Assembly: GCF_006345805.1 (NCBI RefSeq)
Contig: NC_042997.1
Span: 154,194,001 to 154,258,000, forward strand
Length of the DNA: 64,000 bases
Direction: 5' to 3'
From: Octopus sinensis
Lineage: Eukaryota
Positions 49,257 through 62,807 of the stretch are shown in pieces. The position numbers were made by a program, and so were the translations under genes. How positions within the stretch are numbered: position 1 is the stretch's first letter; each line of letters begins with the position of its first letter. The notes beneath the pieces are model-generated. The model was not told the DNA's origin. It ran no database searches and was given only the letters and a program-made list of their open reading frames with translations.

Positions 49257-50541
49257 CGAGGGGCGTTCAATAAGTAATGCCCCTGACTCACTTCCAATAG
49301 CAGTAGAGCAACGAAACTTGGCACAGTTATTAGTCTTTTTCTACATAGGAACCACCCAGAGTTACGCATTTCTGCCATCGTTTGATGCAGCGCTGGAGAC
49401 CGTTTTTGTAGAAGGCCCCAGCTTGGTCCTCCAACCACGACGTGACTTTAGAAATCAAGGCTGCATCATCTGTGAAATGCTTTCCTTTCAAAAACAACTT
49501 CATGGCTGGGAAGAGGTGAAAATCAGAGGGTGCAAGGTCAGGAGCGTAGGGGGGATGGGGGAGGAGTTCATAGCAGCACGCCTGTGCTTCTGATCTGGCG
49601 ACACGCGAGTTGTGGACCGGAGCGTTGTCCTGCAGGAGGAGGATGCCTTTGCCGATCTTGCCCCACCTCTTGATTTTGATAGCTTCTCATAATTTCCTCA
49701 AAAGTGAAGCATAATAGGCTCCTGTAATTGTGGTAGCCTTTGCCAGGAAATCTGTCATCACTACTCCGTCCTGGTCCCAGAAGACTGTGAGCATGACCTT
49801 GCCAGCGGAGGGCTGCACCCTTGCCTTCTTTGGAGGAGGTGAGTCACGGTGCTTCCACTGCATTGACTGGGCTTTGGTCTCTGAATCATAGTGATGGACC
49901 CAGGTTTTATCCTGTGTAATCAGTCTTTTGAAAAATTTTGACTCATCTTCTTGGCACATCTCCAAATTCATCCTCGAGCACTCGACGCGTTCTTGCTTCT
50001 GGAAAAGTGTGAGCAACGTGGAATCCATCTGGCAGACACCTTTTGCATATGCAAATGGTCATGAATGATAGTTTCCACAGACCCGGTACTAATCTTGACC
50101 TCATGGGCTATTTGGCGAATAGTTATGCATCGATCTTCCAAAATGGCAGCCTCAACTTGACGGACAGATGCCTCATCAATGGCAGAAGGGGGTGACCAGA
50201 TCTGGGAGCTGTTTCCACAGAGTTCCGACCATGTTTGAATTCACGATGCCAGCGTTTTACAAGGTCATATGATGGGGCATCATCACCATAAGTTACTTTC
50301 ATTTCATCAAAAGTCTCCTGTGGTGTGCGTCCTTTCAAATACAAAAACCGGATCACAGCTCGACACTCAACAGGCTCCATTTCACACTTGACTCAGTTCA
50401 AACACCTGTAAATCAGAAACCACAATTGGGTCAGAGCTGTAATTTGCCACTTAATCTATAGAGATATAAATAATTGCACAATTTCAGCTAGATCAAACAA
50501 CTGCAAGTGGGTCAGAGGCATTACTTATTGAACGTCCCTCG
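49257..50541 (-). mobile_element. Mariner (DD34D) transposon, full length, transposase disrupted
   Basis: TIRs cgaggggcgttcaataagtaatgcc / ggcattacttattgaacgtccctcg with TA TSDs; MEPVECRAVIRF, ITQDKTWVHHYD, PPYAPDLAPSDFHLF. Confidence 0.92.
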
Positions 50542-52142
50542 TATGTATGTATGTATGTATGTATGTATGTATGAACGTTGAGCAAAAAATATTTGACAGG
50601 TAAAAATGTGTAAATAAAATATTTAACAATCAAAAACAGGAACAATGTAAAGAAGGAGTCCTGAAAAGTCAAAATATGTAAAAAGAAAAAAAAAATGTAA
50701 GGCCTGTCTTTCGAAAGTACAAACACGCAAAAAATTCATTGTTTACAGAGAGTCCATTTTAAGATGTTAGTGAATAACGTTGTAAATGGCAAAGAATAAC
50801 TCTGCAAGATAAGAAGATGCCGGAATCCAAAATAGCATAATAGAAGCAAAGTATTCATTGAAGAGGGCACCGACCGCCAAATGATGGAATGCAGTTCGAA
50901 ATTTGCAGAAGCGGCACCAGCGGTCGAGACAAGGCGACTAGTCGAAGATAGGTACCGTTGAGTGTCATTGCTTAAAGACGTTGTCATGCAGGGTAACCGG
51001 CAAGTGAAGTCGGAGCTGTGAGCAAGAGTAACCGAAAGGTGCCGTGCAAATGAAGACAAGTCAGACTTCCCCATTCTCCGGCCGAGAGAAGCGGGGAAGG
51101 AACAAAAAATGCTGAACTGGGAAAAAGAAAGCATCAAAAAATGTTACGTACTTACTGGAAATGTAACCGTACATTTTACTGCTATTCTCAGCAGGTAGAT
51201 GATGCTGAGTGAGAATGAAGTGATGTCTCGTGAAACATGAAGAGAATTGCCCAAAAGTTTTTAGGACGGTACAGCCGTCAAGTTTTTTCGCGTGAAAAAC
51301 TGCGAAGGCCCCAGCCGCAAAGAAAGTCTTTAGTTATAGGCTCTGCAAGTCATTGACAAAATGGGAAGCTCAACCGCTGAAAAGATTCTTAGTTTTCCAC
51401 ATGTGATAGAGCTGATAATATAGAGGCAATCATGAAGTTGAACGCCGCAAAATCACATCGGTTGGTCACCAGTTATGACGACGATGGTAAATAAGGGAAA
51501 TGTGGAAAAAGATATACGAGGCGAGATGAAAATGAACTCGTAAGCGACGATTTATTCTCCGTTGTAAAATCCAATGATTGCCACAAAAAAATAAATGAAC
51601 GTAACAGGTTACAACAAAGATATGTGAAAAACTTTGTGGTAAGGCTAGACTGTTGGTTTTGTAGACATAGTTGACGTACTGTTTGGTTTGACGTACCGAT
51701 GGTCTGTTGGTCGTATGGTGTTCATGCAACAACGATGTAGGCAGGTGTCTGGTAGAGGTGAAAGCGGAGACTGGCTGGTGTCAGATACATCGTTGTCAGA
51801 GAGGAGTAGCATGTGCTCAGTGGCGTGTGCCAAAGACAAAGCGCAATCGAGAACTGCCGTTTTCATAGAGATCAATAGACTCGTAGAGCTGGTGATTAAT
51901 TTCCCGCGTAAGGAAAAACAAACTGTTGCGCCAACACGGTTGAACGCTACAAACCGATCAACACAAATAACAAGTTAGGCTAATCAGAAAGTCATGAGAC
52001 CTGCTGAAACTAAAAGGCTTGTGGAGCCTAAACAACCGCGACAAAAACATCTCACGCATAATGACAGCGTAAATCACTTCTGTTACACAGTTAAAAAGTC
52101 GTAACCTTTTTAACAACTCGTACGCCGATGCAATTAATATTG

Positions 52143-53305
52143 CATTGGGCCAGCCCATAAATAATGCGTTTTTTTTATATTTCTTTTATTTTTCAAAATT
52201 AAGATAACAAAGTTCTTTTTTAATCGAAAATATACTCTCTTTCATTTTCTATAATGCCCTTGCCTCTATCTGGTAGACTTGCAAGGCCCTTCTTTTAAAA
52301 ATATTCCTCCAGTACTGTTCTGACATCGTCTACAGAATTCATATTTTTTCCGTCCAAATGATTTTGGAGAATGCGGAATAATTGATAATCAGATGGGGCA
52401 ATGTCCGGCGAATATTGTGTGTGGGGCATTGTTTCCCATTCAAACTCCTCCAGCCTTTGGAATGCCATTCTCGCTGTATGTGGCCGAGTATTATCCTGAT
52501 GGAAGAATACCTTTCGCCTCGAAACCAAAGATGGTCGTTTTTCTTCCAGCGCTGACTTAAGCCGCTCAAGCTGCTCCCTGTAGATCTCCTTTGTTATCGT
52601 TTCGTCTGGATTTCAAAGTTCAAACTGGTCTAAACGTTTCATATCCCACCAAACAGATAACATCACTTATGTGGGTGAAAACCGTCTTTAGCCAGGGGTG
52701 CTGGGGTGCAAAGAAGAGCACACATTCACTCTGCGCACGATTAGACTCGGAAGTTTCTGAGGAACCCATTGGCCCAATTTGCTGACTTTTCCGATGGCAT
52801 ACAGGTGTCGATGAATGAGTGAATGAACAAATCTAAACTAGCTTCTCTCCTAGTTCCTTAAAAGTTATAGGATTTTGTTCCACCAGGGTTTGCAGGACGT
52901 TCTCGTCGAGCTTTATAGATATTCCAGGACGAAGCTCATCTTCGAGGCTGTAGTTTCCAGCTCGAAAGTTCTAGAATCACCGTTGACACTGGCTTACGCT
53001 TATTGTCCGATCCCCATATACTGCATTAATATTCTTTGCATTTTCCGTTGCGTTGTTGCCTTTATTGAACTCATAAAGTAAAATATGCCGAATATGCTCC
53101 TTTGTCACTTCCATTATAGCTTTGAAAAAATACCTGTTAAAATCGAACTGCATTCTTCAAAACTTGCACTAAGAATAAGGTGATTTTTTGTTTCCCACAA
53201 GGGAAATAAAGAAGGGGACAGCACAATCTGATTTGGGGTCAGATGAACAAGTGAATTCAACATAAATATGGAATTAAAAATATTCAATATATAGAAAAAA
53301 AACGA
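52143..53305 (-). mobile_element. Mariner (Mos1-like) transposon, internally deleted
   Basis: MEVTKEHIRHILLYEFNKG (from 53113), GQWVP, HQDNTRPH, YSPDIAPSDY; one TIR at 52143 and a partial TIR at ~53290. Confidence 0.8.
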
Positions 53306-53329
53306 ATGATAGGACAGACCGAAAGACAT

Positions 53330-54465
53330 AACGGATGGAATGAGGGTTTAATTCGGACTCTACGATCCCCGCCTCGCCACTGATTCCTGGGATACGTCCT
53401 GCGTCGCATTCATAAGGTTACATTCATACGCAACATTCATGCAACATTCTTCCATCGATTTCCAAACATTTTCACATTCAGGCATTTTCTCTCTAGCCCT
53501 ATTTTCCTTTTAAGGTGAAAGGTAAAGTAATTCATCAATGCAGAGCCAGAGATGAAGATGCCTGGCTTTAAACCTTTCAATCTCGTCTTCCAAATAACCT
53601 CTCTCGCAATTGCTACTACGACGAAAAAGCTAATCTTACCTTCTTTCGATGGGAAATCCGGTGGGTCAATTTTTATTATAGACTCAGTCGATAGCCGTAC
53701 ACTTCGTGTACTTGACAACAACTATTCCGCACAAAGTCACACGTCTGATACCTCCGAATACTGAGCAATAGCATGCAGGACAGTTTTCCTATCCTGCCCA
53801 CATCTTGGACAGGTTGATGGGCTGTGGCAATCATGCCTTGTGAGCTTTCCCGAAGAGGTAACATTGCCATGCCAGAGACTTCTGAAAATTATTCAGGGTC
53901 TTCGGCCTGAATGTACGTTGGAACAGACTGGCCAGCTGGTTATCGTCGAGACCTAGGGTTTCCCCTAAGTTATCGTCACATTTCGCATCTACCAACCCTC
54001 TATAGAAAGATGCGGTTGAATCACTAACACGGATATTGCTCGAACGGCGGAATAGCAGGAGAGCCTTACGACACTCCATGAACCATGTACTCAACTTTGA
54101 GCTACGGTAGAACCAGGTTTCCCATCCACCAAAACTAGTGGACTTGGGAAACATCTGCTTCGCAAGCAGAGACCACACTCGTTCGCCATAGAGTGATGGG
54201 CCGAAAATTATCAGTGGAATCCCCTTTGTTCGGGTCCTTTCTGACAAGCACCACCGCTCCCCGGCGCACAGATCTGGGAATGAACCCATTCTGCTACCAG
54301 TTCGTGTAGATATTCGCCAGCAGGTGCCCGAACAAGTCTGGTATACCCTTATACAGCTCGTAGGGTAGACCATCCAGTCTCGGCGCCTTACCTGCGACGC
54401 GTTCTGACATAGCCTCTATTACCTCCTCACAACCCACTGCCCGAATCCTATCTCGGCCAATGTGA
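53330..54465 (-). mobile_element. L1/Tx1-type LINE ORF2 remnant
   Basis: GKAPRLDGLPYELY (RT N-terminal), and C-terminal AREVIWKTRLKG...FHLKRKIGLERKCL...RW. Confidence 0.75.
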
Positions 54466-55570
54466 AACGAATATTGATTCGATATTAGCATTCATATACG
54501 TCGAGAATATTATGAATATTATATAATCATAAATGAGGCGACAGATGGAGGAATATTAATATAATGGTATTCATGTTTGTGAATGGATACATTAAATAAT
54601 AAGACGATAGCGTAACTATTTAAATTTGGAAGGAATTAGAACGTGGCATTTTAATTATTTTATATCGATCATTCTCTGGCAGTCATCAGGTGTCTTGTTT
54701 CTCTGTCTCACCCCTTCACCTCTCTCTATGTATGTATACATACATACGTAAACACATGCATACATAAATACATACATACATAGATACATACATACATACA
54801 TGCATACATACATACATGCATGCATGCATACATACATACATACATACATACATACATACATACATACATACATACATACATACATACATACATACATACA
54901 TACATTATATATATATATATATCATGTGACGGCAGATATATGAACAACAAAGCAGGTGTATTAGTTTGACGCACAAGAAAGTGAGAAAGTCTTTAACGTT
55001 TCGAGCCTATGCTCTTCAACTGAAAAGAATAAAAGCAAATGAGCAGAGAGAGAATAAAAAACTTGTGAATTTAGCTATCAGTCGACTGATAGCTAAATTC
55101 ACAAGATATATATATATATATAATGCCGTCACACATATATATATATATATATATATAATGTATGTAGGTATGTATGTATGTATGTATGTATGTATGTATG
55201 TATGTATGGATCTATGTATGTATGTATTTATGTATGTATGTGTTTACGTATGTATGTATAGATACATAGAGAGAGGTGAAGGGGAGAGACAGAGAAACAA
55301 GACACCTGATGACTGCCAGAGAATGATCGATATAAAATGATTAAAATGCCACGTTCTAAATCCTTCCAAATTTAAATTGTTAGGTTAACATCCTATTATT
55401 TAATGACGTATCCATTTACAAACATGAATACCATTATATTAATATTCCTTCATCTGTCGCCTCATTTATGATTATATAATATTCATAATATTCTCGACGT
55501 ATATGAATGCTAATATCGAATCAATATTCGTTTCACATTGGCCGAGATAGGATTCGGGCAGTAGGTTGTG
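54426..55570. repeat. Fold-back inverted duplication (~420-480-bp arms, including microsatellite)
   Basis: 54426-54905 versus 55158-55570; paired ORFs 54655- and 54966+. Confidence 0.9.
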
Positions 55571-55619
55571 ATACATATATAGATGATACATATATAGATG
55601 GCATGGCATCATCAGTAAC

Positions 55620-56180
55620 AATAATGACGATAGTGAATCTGCCAACCATGAAATTAGCAAAACCACGGCCGTAATCCAGAGACTGTGCACTACCTAGCCC
55701 TCCAACACTGTCCGTTACAGATACATGTGCGACTCTATAATAGCATAGATTCTCCAACCATTCACTATGCCTGTAAAACATGGAATAGCACCGTGAAAAT
55801 CGACAGAAACTTAGTTGTATTCCACCAAAGAAACTTGAGAAGATTTCTGAGAACATATCGGCAAGACCACATAACCAATGAAGACATTCTAAAGAGAGAC
55901 AACATAAGACCACTTCGCAAAATTACCAAAGAACAAAGATTAAAACTAGCAAGTCACGTGCTCTTTCAGCCAGAACGACACTGTTCTAAAACATCTTTCA
56001 AATGGACACCATCAGAAGAGAAAAAACTCCCAGAAAACAACGGAAATTATATGGTGTAGAGCATTCATAACCGACATGAGAGAGGGCAATATCACATCGT
56101 CAAATTTAGAGAAAACTGCAGCCAATAGAAACCAATGGTATCAGCTTTATACTGAATGTATTCGAAAGCACGGGAGGAAC
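55620..56180 (+). mobile_element. RTE-type LINE 3' fragment
   Basis: RLYNSIDSPTIHYACKTW...HITNEDIL...QRLKLASHVL. Confidence 0.75.
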
Positions 56181-56399
56181 TGATACTTATATATATAAGG
56201 AAAATATGACAAAGTAGAAAATGCTAAAATAATTTTATCATGACATACATTTTGTACAGGATTCAGTGATTTCTACTCTTTTTTTAACTAAGAGTAAAAC
56301 TGGAAAAAAGAAGTTAAATTGAAGAATGAATTAAGTGAAATACTTTGCAAATATTTCCATAGTCTAACAAAGAAACAAGAAATCACTACCCACAGGGTA

Positions 56400-58695
56400 G
56401 ACGTTACAACTCCCCACCTATAAGGAGATACCAACGTAATTTTTATTCCAACAATCCACCTAACAACCACACACAACAAACCCATGCGATGCAAAATAAT
56501 TATCAACGACGGCCCTCTGAAGCATCACATCCTAACATGGAATATAGGGACACACTTTTCAATCCCCATCCAAGAACCCGCACTATAAATCACAACAGGG
56601 CACTCCACAACAACAGGGGACAACTAAATAACAGCTACCGTCCCAATCACCTCTACCATTTTTTAGACCCAGTACACAAACACAGGGATATGAGATAGCA
56701 CCAGACATGCAGGAGAAACCAAAAGTGATAAAAATCAATCTAACTCACAAAGAACTAACACCAGACCAAATCAGCATACTCTCCAGGGGCCCAAATTTAA
56801 CCCCACCCCAACCAACGTCTCAATTACAACGAAATGATAGAAGACGTTGCGGAATTCTGTAGAAAATTACGTCTCACCGAGGAACTATACAACAAATACA
56901 ACGAAGACGAATCGTTAGTCAGTAACTACACCCCATCAAAAGGTAAGAACAACATTTTTGACTATTTCTGTGAACACATCACGAATTACCCATAGCAACA
57001 CATACACAAACAAAAATACAAGCCAAACTTCAGCCAAAAAAAAAAAAAAGAATGTACTGAGCTGAACATATTAAAGGATGATAAAACAATAACAATCAAA
57101 GAGGCTGATAAAGGGAGTGCAGTAGTCTTAATGGACACTGTATACTATATAACTCTAGTGCTATTCATATTAGAAGATACAACATACTATGAAAAAGTCC
57201 AACACTATAGTCAGCAGAAAATAATAAGAAATCTATAAATTCTATTAAACCCATACAGAGAAGGACTCACCGACAAAGAATAGGACTATATGACTAACTT
57301 CAAAAGTAAATCCAGTTAATTCTATGGTATTCCTAAGATACATAAAAGGGAAAAATAAGTAACGCATGCAGGGAAGCTACAGACATAATAGTCAAGGTAC
57401 CTACACCTAATGACCTCAAATTGCAGGCCCCGCATGCAAAACTCAACGCCTTAGTAACGTTTTCGATACTTTTTTAAAACCATTCTTCAAGCATATCAAA
57501 AGCTACATAAGGGACAACCTTGATGTGCTCAACCACCTCGCTGAAACAAATCCCTACTAGCATCCTTCAATGTAGTCACTGGCTATTCTAATATCCTCCC
57601 ACAACCTAGGAATAGAGGCAATCCAATTCAGGCAAGAGAATTACTCTAATGAGCTCCCACGCCACATAAAAAGAGAATTCGTAATAGAAGAGTTAAAATT
57701 CATCTTGGAGAATAACTTCTTTTTTTTCAATGACAACTTCTATCGACAGGAATCGGAGACTGTCATAGGTACGAGAATATGCCCCTCCTTTGCTAACCTA
57801 GTCATGGGATGCCTAGTAATCGTTTTCTATCGTAAGGTGCTAGAAAAATACGTTAACTCATTCTTCTTGTACATAGAAAGTAACTGGAAGAGATATCTAG
57901 ATGACTGCTTCATTTTTTGACATGAAAGTACAGAGAGACTTCAAGAATTTCAAGCACTTCTAAATGGACTTGACATAAACATTCAATTTACGATGGAATA
58001 TAGTCATCAGCAACATCCATTCCTCGACATCCTCATAAATAAATCCAACAGCAAAATAGAAACAGACATACACAATAAGCCCACGGACTCCAAGCAATAT
58101 CTACTGTTCAACTCATGCCACTCCAGACACGCTAGAATGAATATACCTTTTAACTTGGTAAGAAGGATTTGTACTATAGTATCTGATACAAAAACCCGTG
58201 ACACACGACTACATTAACTAAAGGATGAGCTCATCAACAGGAATTATCAACCATCACTAATTGATATAGGTTTTCAACGTGCCCTACAACTCAACATCCA
58301 CGAACTCAGACAGCCCAAACTAAAGAAGCATTTACAACCAAAAGCCCTACCATCCATATCGACACGCAAACCCTTAAACAATGAGACCTTCGATACCATC
58401 CACCAGAACATTCCTTTAGTAAAAACGAACCACTGAATGAGTCAATTCCTCCAAACACACACCATTATAAAGAGCAAAAGACAACGCAAGTTATTGAAAA
58501 GTATTCTAACATAAGCCCAAGTACACTCGTCAACAACATTGAAACCGACAGTATAAAAATGCGAAGACCTAACTGTGGTATATGCGTCAACCTAATTGAG
58601 GGATCGGAATTCTTCAAACAATGTCAATGTTTTACAGTGAAAAACAACTTCACGTTTGCTTCGGAAAACCTAATATATGCGTTAACTTGCTCAGT
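56400..58695 (+). mobile_element. Penelope-like element, degraded RT plus truncated GIY-YIG
   Basis: YRQESETVIGTRICPSFANL, WKRYLDDCF, PFLDILI...KPTDSKQYL; 58440-58690 is homologous to 23900-24200. Confidence 0.85.
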
Positions 58696-59191
58696 TCTTT
58701 ATTCAACTCACTCTAGTTCTTTATTCTAAATATACACAGTCTTTTAATCTCAGATTTTAGTAGATGATAAAGAGATAAACAAATTGGAAATGAATTACAA
58801 CCCTATGACACCATTATGCTCCATACTATTCTAAGGAATTGTAGTCTGTTTTTATTAGCCACTTTTGGTACAACAGCGACAACATGAATTTTTTCCATTT
58901 TATTCAGTTGAAATATTTAAGAAAAAATATATTAATGTATCCTACCTGTTGAAATTCCATTTGTATTTTCTTGTGCAGCTGAAGATAGCATTGCATTTAA
59001 ATTGATGTAATGATTGCATCGTTCAATTAAATGGATCCGCTTGAAACGGTCGTACTGCATTGCTACTTGATATCCTTTTGCTCATTTTGATTTTCTCACC
59101 TTACTTCGAGCTGTGCGGATAATAGCAGACTGACTTGGTGCTTCAACTTAAGCACGTAATTCAACTAAATCTATCTATCTATCTATATATA

Positions 59192-59225
<34 letters not shown>

Positions 59226-59228
<3 letters not shown>

Positions 59229-59380
59229 AAATTAATTGTTATCGCCATATTAATATGGCATTCTTATAGATATAAGAATAATCGCTGCCGCTGGTCAGCT
59301 CCGTGAGGCCACCGCCTTAAGATAGCTATTGATACACGATCTGTATCGATTATAACCTTCGAACAAGGGAGGTCAACTAA

Positions 59381-59465
<85 letters not shown>

Positions 59466-59593
59466 GTTCGAAGGTTATAATGGATACAGATCGTGTATCA
59501 ATAGCTATCTTAAGGTGGTGGCCTCATGGAGCTGACCAGCGGCAGCGATTATTCTTATATCTATAAGAATGCCATATTAATATGGCGATAACA
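59226..59593. repeat. Inverted pair (~130-bp arms) around (TCTA)n, same family as the 30704-31021 insertion
   Basis: 59237-59367 versus 59463-59593. Confidence 0.85.
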
Positions 59594-60554
59594 GAGATAC
59601 ATACTTATCTGGATTCGGATAAGAAGGGAAGAGAGAAAGTAAAAGGGAACAACCAATGTAAATTTTTTCTTTTCTTCCCCTGTGATTTGTACCTCATTAG
59701 TTTTTCTTCACACATCACGTAATAGCATTAAAATGATCCTCGATTAGGTGAATTTATTTTGTTTATGCAAATTTAACACTCAACTATATTCTAAGAAATG
59801 TCCATGTTGTTCAGTATTGAAGGAGATTTTATATCTTTTTGATGGAATTTGTAACGCCAGTAAAATCTTCTATATTTGTTATTCAAAATTTCATGAATTT
59901 CAATCCAAGACGCAAAGGTTAATCTAAAAAGTAAATTTAAAGGAGAAATGATATTACTGGTACTGTAAAAGGAAACAGTTTTGGGCGAGGAATCCAATCG
60001 AAGTTATAATACATACTTATCGATGTCATGCGGTAGAAAAGCAAATTCAATAATGAACTGATTTGAACTCGAAACCCCGTAAGGAATGACAACCACGATA
60101 TCGTCAACGCATTTCCATCGCCTTTTTTAAGAATAAATTTGAAATCCTCGTCAAAAAGAATGAATTTAGGAATATAGCAATTTTGGCATGTGCATTTTGC
60201 TAGTGTCATATATCGATACTGGGTATTTTGATTGTTGTATTATACCACTTAATTTCATATATTTCTTAAAAAATTTACATATTATTATAAACATTAAGCT
60301 AATTTATCTGTATTTTTTTCCTGCTATATTAGTATTCATGAAAATAGTATGATCAAAGTTATAATCACCATCTGTTGCTTTAATGAGACCATCATTATCT
60401 TATTGATTGGCAATAATTGTTCCGCTCATTATAATCAGAATTTCTCACCCTGCACTTTTATGAAAAGTCTGTGGCATTTCCTGTGTAATGATTCACTTTA
60501 TCAAAAGTTAATGTACACACTCCCACAGACACCTATAAGTGTTGTTATATGAAA

Positions 60555-60850
60555 AGTCTGAAAAGTAACGGGACTGGTACCACAAACAATTGATTTGAAT
60601 TTCAAACAAGAATCTTCATGATTTCTTCTTCAAAGTAATCCCCCTCGAGTCTAATGCACATTTTCATCCTTTTCTGCCACGCTTCTATGCGCTGCGGGAA
60701 GGATTCATCTGAGATGCCCCTCAGCTCCATCGTTACAGCCGTCTTGATGGTCTCCACGCTTTCAAAACTTGTGCCACTCAAAAACACGTGGACGCGACAT
60801 GGTGTTATCTCTATACGCTTGCTGAATCATTTCAAGTTCTTGTGACGGAG
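60555..60850 (-). mobile_element. Mariner 3' fragment
   Basis: FESVETIKTAVTMELRGI...AWQKRMKMCIRLEGDYFE. Confidence 0.7.
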
Positions 60851-61109
60851 TTTTCCCCAACCGGACCAAAAGTTTCAGGTATGTTCGTTTCTCGGTGTTT
60901 ATTGTTCATTCCTCAGTGCTGAACGACCTGAGGAAGAGGAGGTGTAAACAAAAGTATGTGAAAAAATATGCAATGATTGCAGAAAGCTAAGATTGCAGGT
61001 ATATACTCTCGAGATATCATATTAGATGATAACATAATCCGCTTATCCCTCTTCTGCTCATAGTTCGCACAGCACACCCAGTCCCGTTACCTTTCAGACA
61101 GATCTCGTA

Positions 61110-61420
61110 TATTTGCTTGTTGGGTTTTTCGTCCTAAAGTTACTTAAGAAATTCCCTTCTACTAGATTTGGCCTCTACAAAGCCGATGCTTTGGCAATAT
61201 CGAGAAGGGTAGACGTTCACACAGTTGATAGACTTAGGAAGGACCTCATAAACATTATGAATCATCTTGGCCTCAAGATCACAGCAGAAACCAACTGAAA
61301 GAGAATAGATTTCTTTAATGTGAATTTAGACTTGGGATCTGGTATCTACAAGCTCTTTAGGAAGCCGAAAGAGAGGCTGACATAGATTGATACAGCTTCT
61401 TGTATTAATACCGACTTTTA
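61110..61420 (+). mobile_element. Penelope-like RT fragment
   Basis: GLYKADALA...RKDLINIMNHLGLKITAETN...DFFNVNLDL...YKLFRKP. Confidence 0.7.
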
Positions 61421-61704
61421 CTCCTCTACGAAAAAATGCCATTGGAAAATTGTGGTTTGCGTCCCACTTCATGTATTTTTAGCTTATTTGAATTCGTTGC
61501 TTTCATTTCTCCAGAGTAAACAGGTTCAAGATATGGAGTGTTGTCATATTGTCTATAAGAACTTGGATGTGCTCTTGGTGTTGCAAAGATACATAGGTGT
61601 CATCCACATGTCTAATACAGGCGATATGTTTCGGTGTTTATTGTTCTGTAGCTAAGTCATCAAAGTGATTAATCTAAATGTAAGCCATTATTAATAATAG
61701 TGAA

Positions 61705-61860
61705 GGCGGCGAGCTAGCAAAATCATTTGCACACGGGATAAAATGTCTTTACGTTCTGAGTTCAAATTTCGCCGGGATCAACTTTGCCTTTCAGACTTTC
61801 GGGATCGATATAAGTACCAGTTCATCACTGGGGTCGATGAAATCGACTAGCACCTTTCCC
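61705..61860 (+). mobile_element. tRNA-derived SINE
   Basis: Same family as 43145. Confidence 0.75.
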
Positions 61861-62807
61861 ACCAAAGTTCAGTTTAATAGAAGCAAATATCAGTAACAAT
61901 GACCTAATGGGCATCACATTTACATTTGGCCAAGTTCTTAGACACACTGACGATATATGCAAGAGCTAATACCAGTTTGTATTTGTGTGTCTTCGTGGAG
62001 ACGATCGTTTCTTATCCGTTCTTAAAAATGACCATGCTTTGTCAGATGGAACATTGTCAACAGGAGAATGTAAATACAAGAAATAATTTTTTTTTAATTT
62101 TAGAAATTAAAATCACGATGCCTTTATATAAATAAATTATATTAAGAAATATTTTTTGTGTGACATTTTAATATGATTTATCATTTCTCTCGCCATTGTT
62201 TTTGAGTTCATTCTTTGTCCATTTTTGTTGCTTACAGCTTCTCTATTCAATTTTTTAAATTTTATTTCTTCTCATTCAAACTATTTAAAAAATATTTTAC
62301 ATTTCTTCCAACATGCTTATTAATGCATACCCGTACTCGTCTCCTTCTCATAGTTGGTTTATTCATTGCTTTCAACATACTTATCAACACTTACTTGATA
62401 GATACACTGACCCATGCCTTGTCTGCGTGTACGCATTCAACTGACTTTACCTTCCATTGCTTTCAACATTCTTACCAACATCTACCCGCGCCATTCTCAG
62501 CTTTTACTTGTTTGTCCATGCACCAGTTTAACAGACATGAGTCTTGTTACTAATTTTAATCATGCAGTAACTCCTCCAACATCATACAGCTCTCATCTTT
62601 CGATATCACCTCTCAACTCCTTTCATTTTCTTTTTGCATTCTTACATCCAAAGTAATACGATCATTACCTTTTGACAACGCAGAACATTGCTAATTTCAT
62701 CGAATTCTACAGTTTTACTGTTTAGCGTAATTTTCTAATCTACCATCGCATTTGTTGGAGTTAATATCTTCAAATGTATACAGTATATTGCATTATTCTT
62801 ATTCAAA

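Noticed and set aside
53552-53764. Protein-like + strand ORF (MPGFKPFNLVF...)
   Set aside because: Antisense to the Tx1 ORF2 C-terminus.
54990-55025. Hammerhead-like TTGAAGAGCATAGGCTCGAAACG on the - strand
   Set aside because: The core cannot be completed without using stem II bases; at best a degenerate PLE end.
61620-61670. TTGATGA...CCGAAACATATC on the - strand (similar at ~60880-60920)
   Set aside because: Stem II does not pair; at best a decayed ribozyme relic.
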